Source: a virus (lineage: Duplodnaviria > Caudoviricetes). From it: DNA of 64,000 bases. The notes below the pieces were generated by a model. It was not told where the DNA came from. It saw only the letters and a list, made by a program, of their open reading frames with translations, and searched no databases. The stretch covers positions 64,001 to 128,000 of IMG/VR virus record IMGVR_UViG_3300020576_006930, one strand, 5' to 3'. Below, piece after piece: positions 34,936 through 46,402 of this stretch. The position numbers were made by a program, and so were the translations under genes. The first letter of the stretch is position 1. Each line of letters starts with the position of its first letter.

Positions 34936-37152
34936 ATGCACCATCTAATTTTTCCAACTAAAGACTCTCACATCACCAATCAGAACTCTTATGCGGATAA
35001 GAATTTGGGATTGGATGAAATCCTAAAAGTCGGCTCTTATTCTCAATATTCTTCAGTCCGGGTGTATACCCACCTGTACACTTACCCCGACAATCAATAT
35101 TTTGATTGCCTGCTCGTAGATAGTTTTGCGGGAACGATCACCGGTTCTTTCACCGGAACGGCAAGTTATGCGTCGGGTAGCATCAATGGCACAGGTATTC
35201 TGACCGCTTCCTATTTTGTCGGCAGTGTCACCGGCAGTGTTTTTGGTTTTGAGGCCGGCGTGCCTGTTGCGGATAATGCGTTTTCCGGTTCGTTATCCGC
35301 TTTTAGCGGCAACATCTCTTCCAGCGCTGGCGGCTTGTTCGGTTATCTCACCGCCAGTTTTAATTCCGCTTATTTGGTGACCTACACAGGTTACATCAGC
35401 GGCTCCACTGGACAAATCACCGGCTATCTTTCTGGCTCCAACACGGCCAATGAACAGGGTTATGAAATTCTTGAAAACAAGGTTATTAGCCGGGCCTTGT
35501 TAAAATTTGATCTCACTGCCATTTCCCGCTCCATAGCCGATGGTTCCATTCCCAATCCCCAATTCCGGCTTAAAATGAAAATCGCTAAGGAGGAAGAACT
35601 ACCTCTGGCTTATACCCTTTACACCTTCCCTGTCAGTCAGAGTTGGGAAATGGGTACAGGTTATTTTTCCGATGGTGGTAGCAATGAAGGCGTCAGTTGG
35701 AATTGGCGCAATTTTTATTCCAGTAGTTACTGGTATCCGCCAGTGGAGTCTGACTTTCTTCCGACGGCGGACTATCTTAACGACTCCGCTTCCACGTGGC
35801 TATCGTTTAATCGTGGGGGTGGAACCTGGTATTACAAAGATGGGTTGAATAATAACGTCAAATGTACGCAATCGTTTGATTATGAGACCTCTGATGTCTA
35901 TATGAATGTCACCAGCATTGTCCGGGCTTGGATTACCGGCTCGCTACCCAACGAAGGTTTTATTGTAATGAGTTCCCTGGAAAACCAATCCGGCTCCAAT
36001 GGGTTATTGACTTTCTTTTCCCGGGATACCAATACGATTTTCTCCCCCACCTTGGATGTTATGTGGGATGATTCCGTGTGGACTACGGGGAGCGTAACGA
36101 CCGCCAGTGTTACTTTAGCCACTTTTCCCGCCGGTATAAGTTCCAGTATTCAAACAGGTTCGACTTTAACGATTGCGGGTGGAATTGCGGGCTTGTTCTC
36201 CGGCAGTGGGTTTTTTGTTTATGGTAATCAATTAGATGTCACCGCATCGGCCTTTGGAGGCTTTGTCGTTGGTCAGGGTTTGTCAGGAAATATTACCGGA
36301 ATGCCGGTGTTGGGCAACATTACCGGCTCCATCTCCGTGAGTCAATCGATTGTAACCGGCCCGTGTGGTAACGACTTTACCGCCTCATTTGTTTCCGCTT
36401 CTTTTACCAGTGGCCTTTTTAGTGGGAGTTCGTTTGGGGCTTACTATGTCGAAAATAAACTTGAAAATGGCTGGTTGACCGGTTCCTGGAGCCCTCTGGC
36501 GTTACTGGGAGCTAAGGTGGAAATCCCCATCCCAACCGGCATCGAACCGTACGCATACGCTTATGTTCACGGGATATACGTCAACGGCACGGCGTTGGGC
36601 ATCTACACGCTTTCTGGATCCTCCACCGACAGCGCAAGTTTCAGTGGTCAGTTTATTGATGGGCAATTAGCTGGTGGCACAATCAATTTACAGATGAGTG
36701 GGAGTGTCTTTCCCGCAAGTTATATGTATACCAGCAGCGTGGAATACTCAACAAATGCTTTGACCGCGCTGAACACGGATATTCCGTTCGTAGCCGTGGT
36801 TCAAAATCTGCGCCAAAAATATAGCAATGGTAATGTGGTGCGAATTAATGTTTTTGGGCGGGAAGAACAGCCGTTGAAAAACTTCGTTCGCCGGACGCAA
36901 TTGACCCAGTATATGATCCCCGCCTATTTGCCGACAGCCTCATACTATGCTGTCAAGGACAATGAAACGGAAGAGGTGATCATCGACTTCGACGCTTATA
37001 CGCGGTTAAGTTGCGATGAACACGGGAATTTCTTTATTCTGGATATGACGGGCCTGGCCCAGGAGCGCAATTATCGCATCCTTCTAAAATCCGTGGTCGG
37101 TGATGAGGTTTATGTCTTTGACAATGGCGACGTATTTAAAATTGTAAGATGA
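34936..37152 (+). CDS. Structural (baseplate/tail) protein
   Basis: KDS.I..N.GLDEIL, SRALLKFD, SWEMGTG, FFSRDTNTIF.P.L motifs with G/S-rich inserts. Confidence 0.7.
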   Translation: MHHLIFPTKDSHITNQNSYADKNLGLDEILKVGSYSQYSSVRVYTHLYTYPDNQYFDCLLVDSFAGTITGSFTGTASYASGSINGTGILTASYFVGSVTGSVFGFEAGVPVADNAFSGSLSAFSGNISSSAGGLFGYLTASFNSAYLVTYTGYISGSTGQITGYLSGSNTANEQGYEILENKVISRALLKFDLTAISRSIADGSIPNPQFRLKMKIAKEEELPLAYTLYTFPVSQSWEMGTGYFSDGGSNEGVSWNWRNFYSSSYWYPPVESDFLPTADYLNDSASTWLSFNRGGGTWYYKDGLNNNVKCTQSFDYETSDVYMNVTSIVRAWITGSLPNEGFIVMSSLENQSGSNGLLTFFSRDTNTIFSPTLDVMWDDSVWTTGSVTTASVTLATFPAGISSSIQTGSTLTIAGGIAGLFSGSGFFVYGNQLDVTASAFGGFVVGQGLSGNITGMPVLGNITGSISVSQSIVTGPCGNDFTASFVSASFTSGLFSGSSFGAYYVENKLENGWLTGSWSPLALLGAKVEIPIPTGIEPYAYAYVHGIYVNGTALGIYTLSGSSTDSASFSGQFIDGQLAGGTINLQMSGSVFPASYMYTSSVEYSTNALTALNTDIPFVAVVQNLRQKYSNGNVVRINVFGREEQPLKNFVRRTQLTQYMIPAYLPTASYYAVKDNETEEVIIDFDAYTRLSCDEHGNFFILDMTGLAQERNYRILLKSVVGDEVYVFDNGDVFKIVR

Positions 37153-37153
37153 T

Positions 37154-37603
37154 ATGGAGTTCAACAATCAAATCAATAAGTTTCAAACGCTTGGTCTTTA
37201 TGACTATAAATTTGATGAGGTCGGCAATGTCATCGCCAACTCCGCCAGCGCAGAGTTTTCTTATAATTATCTAGCGTTACCGTTACGGGATATGGTTTAC
37301 GACACCCAATCCATCACTGCGTATTACGATGTGGATTTTACTGAATTTGTTCCGGCTTTGGTTCCCGTCAGTGCCACGGATACAACGATTAACTCAACCG
37401 CCAATCAGGATTTAATAACGGAGAACAATCAGTTAAAATCCAAGATCGACGATTTGATTCAATTATCCGAATCCAACTCCGCGGTGGCCAAAAATGATGC
37501 GATCAAGCGTGTCATTTTAGATTTACGGATTGCGTTAAAGGAAGGTAAGGAAGACCGTGAATTTTCCGATGTATTTCCTTATACTGCCAAGGCAATTAAT
37601 TAA
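37154..37603 (+). CDS. Hypothetical virion protein
   Basis: Operon position; coiled-coil segment. Confidence 0.65.
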   Translation: MEFNNQINKFQTLGLYDYKFDEVGNVIANSASAEFSYNYLALPLRDMVYDTQSITAYYDVDFTEFVPALVPVSATDTTINSTANQDLITENNQLKSKIDDLIQLSESNSAVAKNDAIKRVILDLRIALKEGKEDREFSDVFPYTAKAIN

Positions 37604-37606
37604 ATT

Positions 37607-40600
37607 ATGTCATATCCATTCCAAGTTACAGGTCCAGTGACCGGGAGCATAAGCTCGGGATCATATTTTAATGATTCCGATAACGCGTTATTCTACCGTA
37701 ATCCGGTCCGTGATTTTTGGTTTGGGTTTTCACCCTATGACATTACAGAGGTTGCGGCTTACGATTACGCCAACAACCAATTGGCCTGGGGCATTATGGA
37801 TCAGGTCACGGATTATAAGAAATTGACCTTCTCTTATGAAAATGAGAAAAATCAAGTTGTCCAATATTCTTACAATCAATTTGTCAGCAACACCCTGCTA
37901 TACAAAAATGATAAAGCCCTTGATCACCTTACCCGCCATTTGACGCAATTGGGACTGGGGAATGGTGATTATCGCGTAGTTTACAATTATACCCGGCAGC
38001 TTGCCGGCGGGCCTGATAATTTCCTTTCCCTCCGGGACATTTCTGCTTCCCGTAAAGAATTGAAAATCGTACCGACCACAGCGGAGACCGTGCGCTTTCA
38101 AGCATTTTGTAAAAAGAAGTTTCAGATAAAAGATGTCTCCGCGTTGTTGATTCAGTTAACGGATAATTGTCCTTACGATGAGTTATATCGGGGCATGAAA
38201 GATTCTTATCAGGACGCCATTAACTTTCTCCAAACCATTTTCTTTTTACAAACCGACGGAGATATTCTTCGCTTCTTAAAAAACTTATATGAAGATTATG
38301 TAAAATACGTGGCGATGTCCGTTGAGAATATTAATGCGGGGGAATCCCCCGGCCGAGTCAGTCGGATTCAGGGCATTCGCAATTATTTCCAAAATTGGCT
38401 CCGCTCAAATAACGACGCCATTTCTGATTTTGCGGATATTGAAGTAAAATTTATTGAATTTGTAACGAAACGAATCAATGAACAATTTCTTCCGTATCAG
38501 AATCAAACGGGTGCGGATTTCGTCCGGGCCAAACAATTTATCTATGACTTGTTCGTTGAACGATTCTACCAAACCACGACCGAGCCGCTCGTATCCAATT
38601 ACCGAAACAAATACGTCTCCTATTTCAAAAACGCATTCAACTTCGGTAATAATCGCTATGTTTTGATTTTTAACCATAGTTTTTCAGAAGAAAATGGGGA
38701 GTTGGTGCTCTTAATCAAATTGGCAGAAGAATTGCCTTCCGATATAAAACTCCGGGATCGTTGCTGGATCAGCAATCTGGGGATGGTACCTTATATTTTC
38801 CAGGTCTCCGTGCGGGGTTCGGTCTCCAATAAAACGATCCACATTTCACCTCCGGATTTTCTTTTACACGCAAATAATGTTGATACCAAAAACATTAACA
38901 AATTATATTCCGCCGCGGAGCTGAAGCAGGATTCTACAAGCCAAGCCGACAACATTTTCATTCAAAAAAAGATAACGGAACTGAACGTCGATTACAGCAA
39001 TTTTGAAAATTTCGTGGTGTTTTCTTCCGTGGCTAATCGGCTTAGCGTTTTCAAAAACAAAATCATTGATTGGTCTACCCTAAGCGCATCCTTAGCCGAT
39101 GTTCAAAGCCATTCCTCATCCGTTTATCCCTATTACACGGAAGAAGTCGATGAAATTGAAACGCAAATGAGCAGTTTGGTGGAATCGTTTGATGGCTACG
39201 AATCCTATCTTTTCCGATCCAACAACTACCTTTATAACGTTGGGGCTCAGACCTGGAATAGTTCTAGTTATGTGATTGCTCTCGATGCGGAAGCTGTAAC
39301 CTATGATCGCAATAACGGCGATAGTTTAATCAATAATACCCCCGCATACGTTGTGGATGATGAAGCGAACGATGAATATCTAACCTTCTTGTCTATGATT
39401 GGGCATTACTTTGATAACCTGTATCTTTACATCAAGGCTATGCCCTTGGAGCGGGTAGCCCAAAATCAGATATCCGGAAGTATGTCTTCTAATATGTTGA
39501 AAGATATGCTGGGTTCGTTTGGTTGGAAAATCGATGACATTTTAGGCGATAGTCCCCAGGATAAGGTTTATTTGAATAATGCGTCGGGCGGTAGTAATGC
39601 GTTATCGGATAGTGAACGCATGCGGAGTATCTGGAATCGGATTTTAATTACTCTACCCCAACTTTACAAAACTAAGGGCACCGAAGAATGCGTGCGGCTG
39701 ATCTTAGCCTGCCACGGAATCCCCTCTGACCTGATTTCCGTAAAGGAATATGGTGGGGTAGATTATTCCGCAGGCACAAGCATTTCCTATGTTCAGAATG
39801 AAAAAGTGTTTATGATGCGCTTTACTCCTTCTTACGCTTATTGGAATATCCCGTTTCCTCATCAAACGAAGACCATTGAATTTAAACTTGCCTTTTCTGA
39901 CGCTAGCCTTTATGAGTTTGAGGATGATATCCCTCTAATGTGTTACATTCCTGGACCTTTTACTGGCGGTAGTGGCCAGTGGCGGCTCGGAGTTCGTAAG
40001 GGGCGCGGGGAATTCGACGGTTCCATATATTTCCAGATCCATCAGACAGGATCCTATCACAATGTCTCAGGTTCCTCAACGGCCGCATTAGAATTGACAA
40101 GCAGCACCCTCCCATTATTTAACGGTGATGTTTTCAGTGTTATGCTCCGGAGAAACTGGCCCACCATTCTGTTTGCCACCGGTAGTGGTTTATTGGAAGA
40201 TTCCTTACCCACAAAATATGATTTGTATGTTCAACGCAATGAATCAGGCCGCATGGTTTTCCAAGCCACCTCCAGTATTGTCTTGTCACGGGATTACAAT
40301 CAGGGCTTTTCTGATATCTCTAAGCCCGTGGGCAATCGCCTTTTGATTGGTAACTGGGCTTCAAATTATCCCGTATTGGGTAATGCGTTCATCGGCGTTT
40401 TAGATAAGATTCGGCTATGGCGTATTCCAATCGGTGATAGTGATTTCCAGGATCACGTCAATGACTTCAACTCCTATAGTTGGTATAGCTCCTCCGCTGA
40501 TGATTTGCTTCAGAAGAATCTCTATTTCGTGTCCGACGTGAATTATCCGATTGACGTTGCTGAACCAAATTATGTGACGGGATCCGCCTCCGGTTCTCAC

Positions 40601-42454
40601 GGCGTAGTTTATTTTCCAAATAGCAACGAGTATTTCACGGCGCCGACTAGTTGGACCTCTTTTGATTCCATTTACACCGGGTCAATTTTTAGCAGTTCCT
40701 TGAGCCAAAGTGCCTGGGTGCCGTATAATGACACCGATTTTAGGTCCGGTTCCTATGTTTTGTTTTTCAATGGGATATGGCAAAACATTTCCCATTCTCT
40801 GTCCGGTGACGGCTGTTATCAAACTACCCATTCCGTTTATCCCTATCAATATCTTCCAGTTAATTTGAATCAAACTTATACCGTGGGGGCTTATGGCCCA
40901 AACAAGTTCAAGAATAATAAGATAAAGAAAACTGACTACACTTTAGATGTTCGGTTGGATGATCGGTATAGTTCGACAACTCCGACAGAAACCCTGGTAT
41001 CCTCCGATTCAAATATTTTTGGATTCTTCTCCGACCCACAGGATTTCCGTAACAAGGATATTGTCCGTTACTTCGGTAATTCCGGAATTCTAAATTCTAT
41101 TTCCGATCCGGGCGCACTCTATTCTTCAAGCTATAGCGGCTTGACCAGTGCGCAAAAGCAATACGCTAAACACGTTAACAAAAAAACTTTGTTTACGGAA
41201 CTGATTTCTCTGAATAAGTTTTATTTTGACAAGTCAATCTTTAAGACAATTAAAAATGTTGCGCCGGCCCGGGCAAATACCCTAACGGGAATATTGATCG
41301 AACCGTCAATCATTGAACGACCCAAGTATCAACACCGGGCAATAACCACGGAATTAAATCCGGCTGGAGATTATCTAGGCGTCATTGATAAAATAGAAAA
41401 CCCAGCGTGTGATGTGCTTTGGTCGGAGTTCAATACTGATATCACGACGCAATCAACCCCCAAGGCTTATCCTCTGGACTATTACCTTTTCTTGGCGCAA
41501 AAAAATCAAAATCCTGGACTGACCGAACCGACTTGGTATCCTGTCTTAAAGGAGCGTGGGGAAATTCTCTCTTATCAGGGCTTTGAATATCTTTTAGATG
41601 ATTACAACCGTATCACCTGGAATAATAGTCTACCCCCAAATTACACTGCGCCCATTGATTTGAAAGCGGTAAGCAATCCAAATTCAATTTACCCGAACAA
41701 TTACGGAGGCTGGTATATGGATGACTTGCTGGATAAGTATCAGTTTGGGTGGTATCCTGACCGCGCGGGGGAATACCGTAACGATTCAGTGGTGGGGAAT
41801 GGAAAAAATCCACCGGGAGCCACAAGTCAGGCCAATATGAACAATTGTCCAAGTGGCAGTGCTTTATATTATTTATTGAAAAGGTGGAGAAAGTATGATG
41901 TTTTCGCTAAAAGCGGGTCTTATCTCCATACCAACAACCCACAGGATAATCAATACAGTACATCTTCAGTGTATTTATATGATATCATCCACGTCACGGA
42001 AGACTTTTATCGGTCATTGGTGTATATAAAAAATGATCAAACCGAGGTCGAACCCCTTGACCCGAGTACAGTTTATCAGTCCGGTTATGGTTACAAACAC
42101 TCCGCTGGCACGTTTATTAGCACTTCCAACGAATATCGCAGCAATATCCGCGCGGTTCCTGTTGGGGGTGGAGGTCCGACAAATCTAAATTATTATCTGG
42201 ACAATTCCAATCTTGGTTATTATGAATTACTCAACGGTTATCCCCGCAATCACTATACCAACAAAATTCAGTGGTTGAGTCCGACGCGGATTTCTATATT
42301 TACCACGACGGCAACAGGATCGTCGTTTATTAAGGGCCGGCAGACGGTCGAAACAACCGTAGACACAGGAAGCCTTGGCGATAATTCGTTGCCCGTCACT
42401 TCCATTAACGTCAGTAATGTTAATGTGGTCGCAGGCGATAATGTATTGAACTAA
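37607..42454 (+). CDS. Large baseplate/tail structural protein (LamG-like segment)
   Basis: 1615 aa; LYKTKGT baseplate-type motif; FIGVLDKIRLW LamG-like. Confidence 0.7.
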   Translation: MSYPFQVTGPVTGSISSGSYFNDSDNALFYRNPVRDFWFGFSPYDITEVAAYDYANNQLAWGIMDQVTDYKKLTFSYENEKNQVVQYSYNQFVSNTLLYKNDKALDHLTRHLTQLGLGNGDYRVVYNYTRQLAGGPDNFLSLRDISASRKELKIVPTTAETVRFQAFCKKKFQIKDVSALLIQLTDNCPYDELYRGMKDSYQDAINFLQTIFFLQTDGDILRFLKNLYEDYVKYVAMSVENINAGESPGRVSRIQGIRNYFQNWLRSNNDAISDFADIEVKFIEFVTKRINEQFLPYQNQTGADFVRAKQFIYDLFVERFYQTTTEPLVSNYRNKYVSYFKNAFNFGNNRYVLIFNHSFSEENGELVLLIKLAEELPSDIKLRDRCWISNLGMVPYIFQVSVRGSVSNKTIHISPPDFLLHANNVDTKNINKLYSAAELKQDSTSQADNIFIQKKITELNVDYSNFENFVVFSSVANRLSVFKNKIIDWSTLSASLADVQSHSSSVYPYYTEEVDEIETQMSSLVESFDGYESYLFRSNNYLYNVGAQTWNSSSYVIALDAEAVTYDRNNGDSLINNTPAYVVDDEANDEYLTFLSMIGHYFDNLYLYIKAMPLERVAQNQISGSMSSNMLKDMLGSFGWKIDDILGDSPQDKVYLNNASGGSNALSDSERMRSIWNRILITLPQLYKTKGTEECVRLILACHGIPSDLISVKEYGGVDYSAGTSISYVQNEKVFMMRFTPSYAYWNIPFPHQTKTIEFKLAFSDASLYEFEDDIPLMCYIPGPFTGGSGQWRLGVRKGRGEFDGSIYFQIHQTGSYHNVSGSSTAALELTSSTLPLFNGDVFSVMLRRNWPTILFATGSGLLEDSLPTKYDLYVQRNESGRMVFQATSSIVLSRDYNQGFSDISKPVGNRLLIGNWASNYPVLGNAFIGVLDKIRLWRIPIGDSDFQDHVNDFNSYSWYSSSADDLLQKNLYFVSDVNYPIDVAEPNYVTGSASGSHGVVYFPNSNEYFTAPTSWTSFDSIYTGSIFSSSLSQSAWVPYNDTDFRSGSYVLFFNGIWQNISHSLSGDGCYQTTHSVYPYQYLPVNLNQTYTVGAYGPNKFKNNKIKKTDYTLDVRLDDRYSSTTPTETLVSSDSNIFGFFSDPQDFRNKDIVRYFGNSGILNSISDPGALYSSSYSGLTSAQKQYAKHVNKKTLFTELISLNKFYFDKSIFKTIKNVAPARANTLTGILIEPSIIERPKYQHRAITTELNPAGDYLGVIDKIENPACDVLWSEFNTDITTQSTPKAYPLDYYLFLAQKNQNPGLTEPTWYPVLKERGEILSYQGFEYLLDDYNRITWNNSLPPNYTAPIDLKAVSNPNSIYPNNYGGWYMDDLLDKYQFGWYPDRAGEYRNDSVVGNGKNPPGATSQANMNNCPSGSALYYLLKRWRKYDVFAKSGSYLHTNNPQDNQYSTSSVYLYDIIHVTEDFYRSLVYIKNDQTEVEPLDPSTVYQSGYGYKHSAGTFISTSNEYRSNIRAVPVGGGGPTNLNYYLDNSNLGYYELLNGYPRNHYTNKIQWLSPTRISIFTTTATGSSFIKGRQTVETTVDTGSLGDNSLPVTSINVSNVNVVAGDNVLN

Positions 42455-42518
42455 AGAAAAATAAATGAAAACACCAAGAAGTTCATAATTATGGTACACG
42501 AACCATTGAATCCACTTT

Positions 42519-43160
42519 ATGTATATTGACAACCAGACTATCACCGTCGATGCGATGTTAACCCGAAAAGGCCGTGAGCTCCTGGCCAAAAACGGCAACC
42601 TTAATATTAACGCATTCGCCCTCGCAGATGATGAGATTGATTACACCTTGTATCAGCCGAACCACCCCAACGGGAGTGCTTTCTTTGACATCGCCTTACG
42701 TAACACCCCCATTTTTGAACCCCTCTCCGATGAGACGCAGGTGATGAAGTATAAGCTGGTGACTTTGAATCAAGGCGTAACTTCCATTCCGGTCATTGCT
42801 ATCGCCCAAGATAAAATTTCAGTTCAGCGAGATTACACCGGTGACATCATCATTTCCCCATCCACTAACCCAGCTTACAATCTTTCTCTGGGCTACACTG
42901 CGATCTTGGGTAATAAAAATGTCGGTGTGCTGACCGTGGAGGAATCCAACTCAATTAACGCGGTGTCCAACACCATCCCCACGTTTGCGGGCGACGTTAA
43001 CACCGCAAGTTCACAGGTGGTGGTCGGTAAGAAGTTTCGGTTTTTGCCCAACAGCAGTTTGGGTAAAACGACATCAACCACTCTAACGATTGTTGGTAAT
43101 GAAAGTGGTGGTAGTATTAGTATTGAAGTGACGGTTTCTGCGCCGACGACTTCCGTGTAA
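42519..43160 (+). CDS. Conserved structural protein
   Basis: VDA.LT.KGRELLA..FALADDEIDY.LY. Confidence 0.7.
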   Translation: MYIDNQTITVDAMLTRKGRELLAKNGNLNINAFALADDEIDYTLYQPNHPNGSAFFDIALRNTPIFEPLSDETQVMKYKLVTLNQGVTSIPVIAIAQDKISVQRDYTGDIIISPSTNPAYNLSLGYTAILGNKNVGVLTVEESNSINAVSNTIPTFAGDVNTASSQVVVGKKFRFLPNSSLGKTTSTTLTIVGNESGGSISIEVTVSAPTTSV

Positions 43161-43170
43161 TTGAGGCTAT

Positions 43171-44274
43171 ATGATATTTAAAACTTTTTCACCAGACGAC
43201 ATTGTGGCCGGGAGAACAACCCGAGTGGCTAGTGGGTATTGGCCAGGTTCCCAGACCAATTGGAGTTCCAGCCTTTTTGTTGATAACTACTGGGCTCTGA
43301 CTTCCTCCGCGACCCCCTCCCCATCTTTTGGAGCTTCCTATTATGATGTCCGGAAGACAATGTATTATCTGGATGTTTTTCCCGATAGCACCTACTATCC
43401 CAACGATCCCTACTTTTCCATTGCTTACGGCCACATTGGAGGCGACGTAGGTAGTGGCTCCTTCAATCTGGAGACCGGAAGTATCCGGGTCGCACCCACC
43501 AAGACCATTTATAACCAATATAAAAACATCCTTTTAGGTTCGGCGGATGCGGATGGCAAATTCACTTTTAAATCCGGTAGTACAACAACCAACTCCGATG
43601 AAATATTCGTTTTGAATTTCTCTTCGTATAAGATGAAAGACAAAATTGATGAGGGCGCATTTGAAATTTCTCTCAGCGGTTCACTTGGTTTAGTTACCCT
43701 ACGTGACGACTCGCCCTACCAAACCCAAGCGTCTAGCTATTATAATCTTGTCTCCGGATCGCTCAATGATACAACCACTACCTCTCCGACTTATCAGGGG
43801 CTTGGTCTCATTTATCCCAATGATGGAATTGTCGTGTTGAACGCAACCACTTTGAATCAACTCATTGGTTTAACCGCGGTTACTCCGACCAGCGATTTTA
43901 ACTACACTGGTTCCTGTATTAATGATACCAAAACGGTAAATCATAAAGTCCTTTCGTGGAGTCTTAAAGCGGCGAACCGGATTGTAAAAATTCGCAAGAG
44001 TGAATATGTTCCGGCTCGGCACTATTTTGTTCGCATAAAAAATAGAGATTTCAATTACAGCAACAATCCAACTTATGTCTACGATGGCACCGATGGTATC
44101 CATTCCAAAGGCACAATTCGTAATGCTGATTTTATAACCGATCCCAAGACGTATATTACGACGATTGGTTTGTATAATGATAGCAATGAATTGGTGGCGG
44201 TGGCTAAATTAAGCCGCCCGGCCGTAAAGGACTTCAATTCTGAGCTTTTGGTGAAGGTACGACTCGATTTTTGA
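43171..44274 (+). CDS. Tail-collar/fibre attachment protein
   Basis: C-terminal YITTIGLYND..ELVAVAKLSRP..VKVRLDF. Confidence 0.7.
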   Translation: MIFKTFSPDDIVAGRTTRVASGYWPGSQTNWSSSLFVDNYWALTSSATPSPSFGASYYDVRKTMYYLDVFPDSTYYPNDPYFSIAYGHIGGDVGSGSFNLETGSIRVAPTKTIYNQYKNILLGSADADGKFTFKSGSTTTNSDEIFVLNFSSYKMKDKIDEGAFEISLSGSLGLVTLRDDSPYQTQASSYYNLVSGSLNDTTTTSPTYQGLGLIYPNDGIVVLNATTLNQLIGLTAVTPTSDFNYTGSCINDTKTVNHKVLSWSLKAANRIVKIRKSEYVPARHYFVRIKNRDFNYSNNPTYVYDGTDGIHSKGTIRNADFITDPKTYITTIGLYNDSNELVAVAKLSRPAVKDFNSELLVKVRLDF

Positions 44275-44328
44275 CCCAGAACTACAAATAAAACATCGTT
44301 TTGATAGTGTCACTGATATGTACAACAT

Positions 44329-45363
44329 ATGAGTGACATTTTTATTTGTAAACATTGTGGAAAAGGAATTGGTATAAGACAATTTGGCCACCACCTTTCG
44401 AAAATCCACCAACAGAAATATGAAGATTATGTAAAAGATAATATCGTCGATTTTAAACATTTGAATTGGAAATTGTGTTCCGATTGTGGTGAGTTGTGTA
44501 GAAGTATTTCCAATAAATGTGGAAAATGTTATACTAAAACTCATCAAATAAAAGGAAATCAATATATTCAGTGTAACTATTGTAAAGAGAAAGTCCATTC
44601 CAAGGTGTTGTCTCAACATTTAAAAATGTATCACAATGTTGATTTTAGAGAATATGTCAAAAATAATCTTAACGATTTTAAGAAGTTTGGATGGAGCAAT
44701 TGTATTGTTTGTGGAACGGTGTGCGTGAACCGAAGTAAAGTTCATAATAACCCAACTTGTTCTCCCGAATGTTTATGGAAAATTAGAAAAACTTGGGTGG
44801 GAGAAAATTCTCCACGTTTCGGCGCTATTCTTTCAGAAGAAACGAAGCGAAAGATTTCGAATGGAAATAATGGAAAAAAAGGATTGAGAGGAGATCTTAA
44901 TCCGGCCTGTCGAATAGATGTGAGAAAAAGAATTTCAAAAACTCGTATAGAACGTGGAGTGGCGAAAGGGAAAAACAATCCGATGTTTGGAAAAACCCAT
45001 ACTCCCGATTCAATTGCTAAAATATTTTCTCATCGGAAGATGAACAGATTAGAAAAGTTGGTTGCGGATGAACTTGATAAAGCATCCATTCCATATTATT
45101 TTCAATTTTTTATTACTGAAAATGGGATTTGTAAATCATACGATTTCAAAATTAAAGATCGCCCAATTATTCTTGAAATAGATGGTGATTTTTGGCACGG
45201 TCATCCAGAAGCAAAAAACCATTTCGACAGACTGGATCAGGTAAAAAACAATGACATTTTAAAAAATTCTATGGCATCCAACAGGGGATATAAACTTATT
45301 AGGTTTTGGGAACGTGATATTAAGAAAGATCCTTCCATTATCCTTAAATCTATAGTCGGTTGA
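44329..45363 (+). mobile_element. Free-standing homing endonuclease (Zn fingers + NUMOD3 + Vsr/DUF559-like nuclease)
   Basis: C2H2/CxxC repeats, NPMFGKTHT, YDF..LEIDGDFWHG..GYKLIRFWE; AT-rich; interrupts the structural operon. Confidence 0.85.
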
Positions 45364-45382
45364 TATTTATCTCTACGCGGCT

Positions 45383-46396
45383 ATGATTAAAAGCATCAAC
45401 AAGAATAATGTTCTCATTACCCCATTTATCGCAACTAAAGGTTGTGAAATGTCAGGTATCCAGACGGATGATCTGTTGTTGATTGAAGCCACTCCGGCAA
45501 CTGGATCCAGCCCCGCCACCAGCTCCATCCCTATCGCGCTTGATTTTGTGGATTATGGCGCCGGCGTCAATAATCCGGTCCTCAATCGCAATTGTAGCCT
45601 TGCCCTGGAGCAACAAACCCTTGACCAGGTTATCTATGAGGAAGGTATTAGTGGGAGTGGAATGTTTTATCCAGATGCGGAAGCAGTCAATATCAATGGT
45701 TCATATAAACGTCTGGTCTGGAATCAAATAAAATCAGCCTTCTATAATGAACACCACAATCCAACCCAGTTATTTGGGATGGAAAATGTCGATGTTAACC
45801 TTTCCGGAACGAAACGACTTTTCGCCAATCGTGTTCGGGTTTTTACTGTACCCCGAATTGTTTTCGGTGAAAAATTGTTGGAGAACAGCATTCGTTTAAT
45901 CGATAACGCTTTGGATGATAAATACGTCATCGTTGATGATGGGCAGGGGAATCTAATTGCGAAAGACAATTTGTTTTCTAAATATCAAGCCGTTCGGCCC
46001 TGGGTTAATCTCATTGTCACCGGTTCAACCGGCTATACTTGTCCCGCCGTGATAATTAGCCCGCCCACAGGAAGCTTTACGTTAATAACCACCCTCACGG
46101 CGTCGATTTCTGGCGCAGCAACCGTTTCGCCGTTTACTGCCAGTTTATTCTGGTCCGATCCGTTTGATAACGAACTTGGGTTTAAAGTTTGGATGGCAAC
46201 AAAAGCAACTCAGGGCAGTGGTTGGTCACCTTACAATAACATCGCAGATGTCGGTGCGAACATTACCACTTTATCCGCGATGTTCACTGATGTTATGGTT
46301 TCTGCTTCCTTCTATGTGAAAGCATATAATGCGCTCGGGACCTCTTCCGCGACAAATATTACTTATGTAAGCCTGACCGGATCAGGTGCGCCATAA
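45383..46396 (+). CDS. Structural protein with C-terminal FN3 domain
   Basis: DDGQGNL motif; W.D..DNE.GF..YVKAYNA.G.S. Confidence 0.7.
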   Translation: MIKSINKNNVLITPFIATKGCEMSGIQTDDLLLIEATPATGSSPATSSIPIALDFVDYGAGVNNPVLNRNCSLALEQQTLDQVIYEEGISGSGMFYPDAEAVNINGSYKRLVWNQIKSAFYNEHHNPTQLFGMENVDVNLSGTKRLFANRVRVFTVPRIVFGEKLLENSIRLIDNALDDKYVIVDDGQGNLIAKDNLFSKYQAVRPWVNLIVTGSTGYTCPAVIISPPTGSFTLITTLTASISGAATVSPFTASLFWSDPFDNELGFKVWMATKATQGSGWSPYNNIADVGANITTLSAMFTDVMVSASFYVKAYNALGTSSATNITYVSLTGSGAP

Positions 46397-46402
46397 CGAT
46401 TT

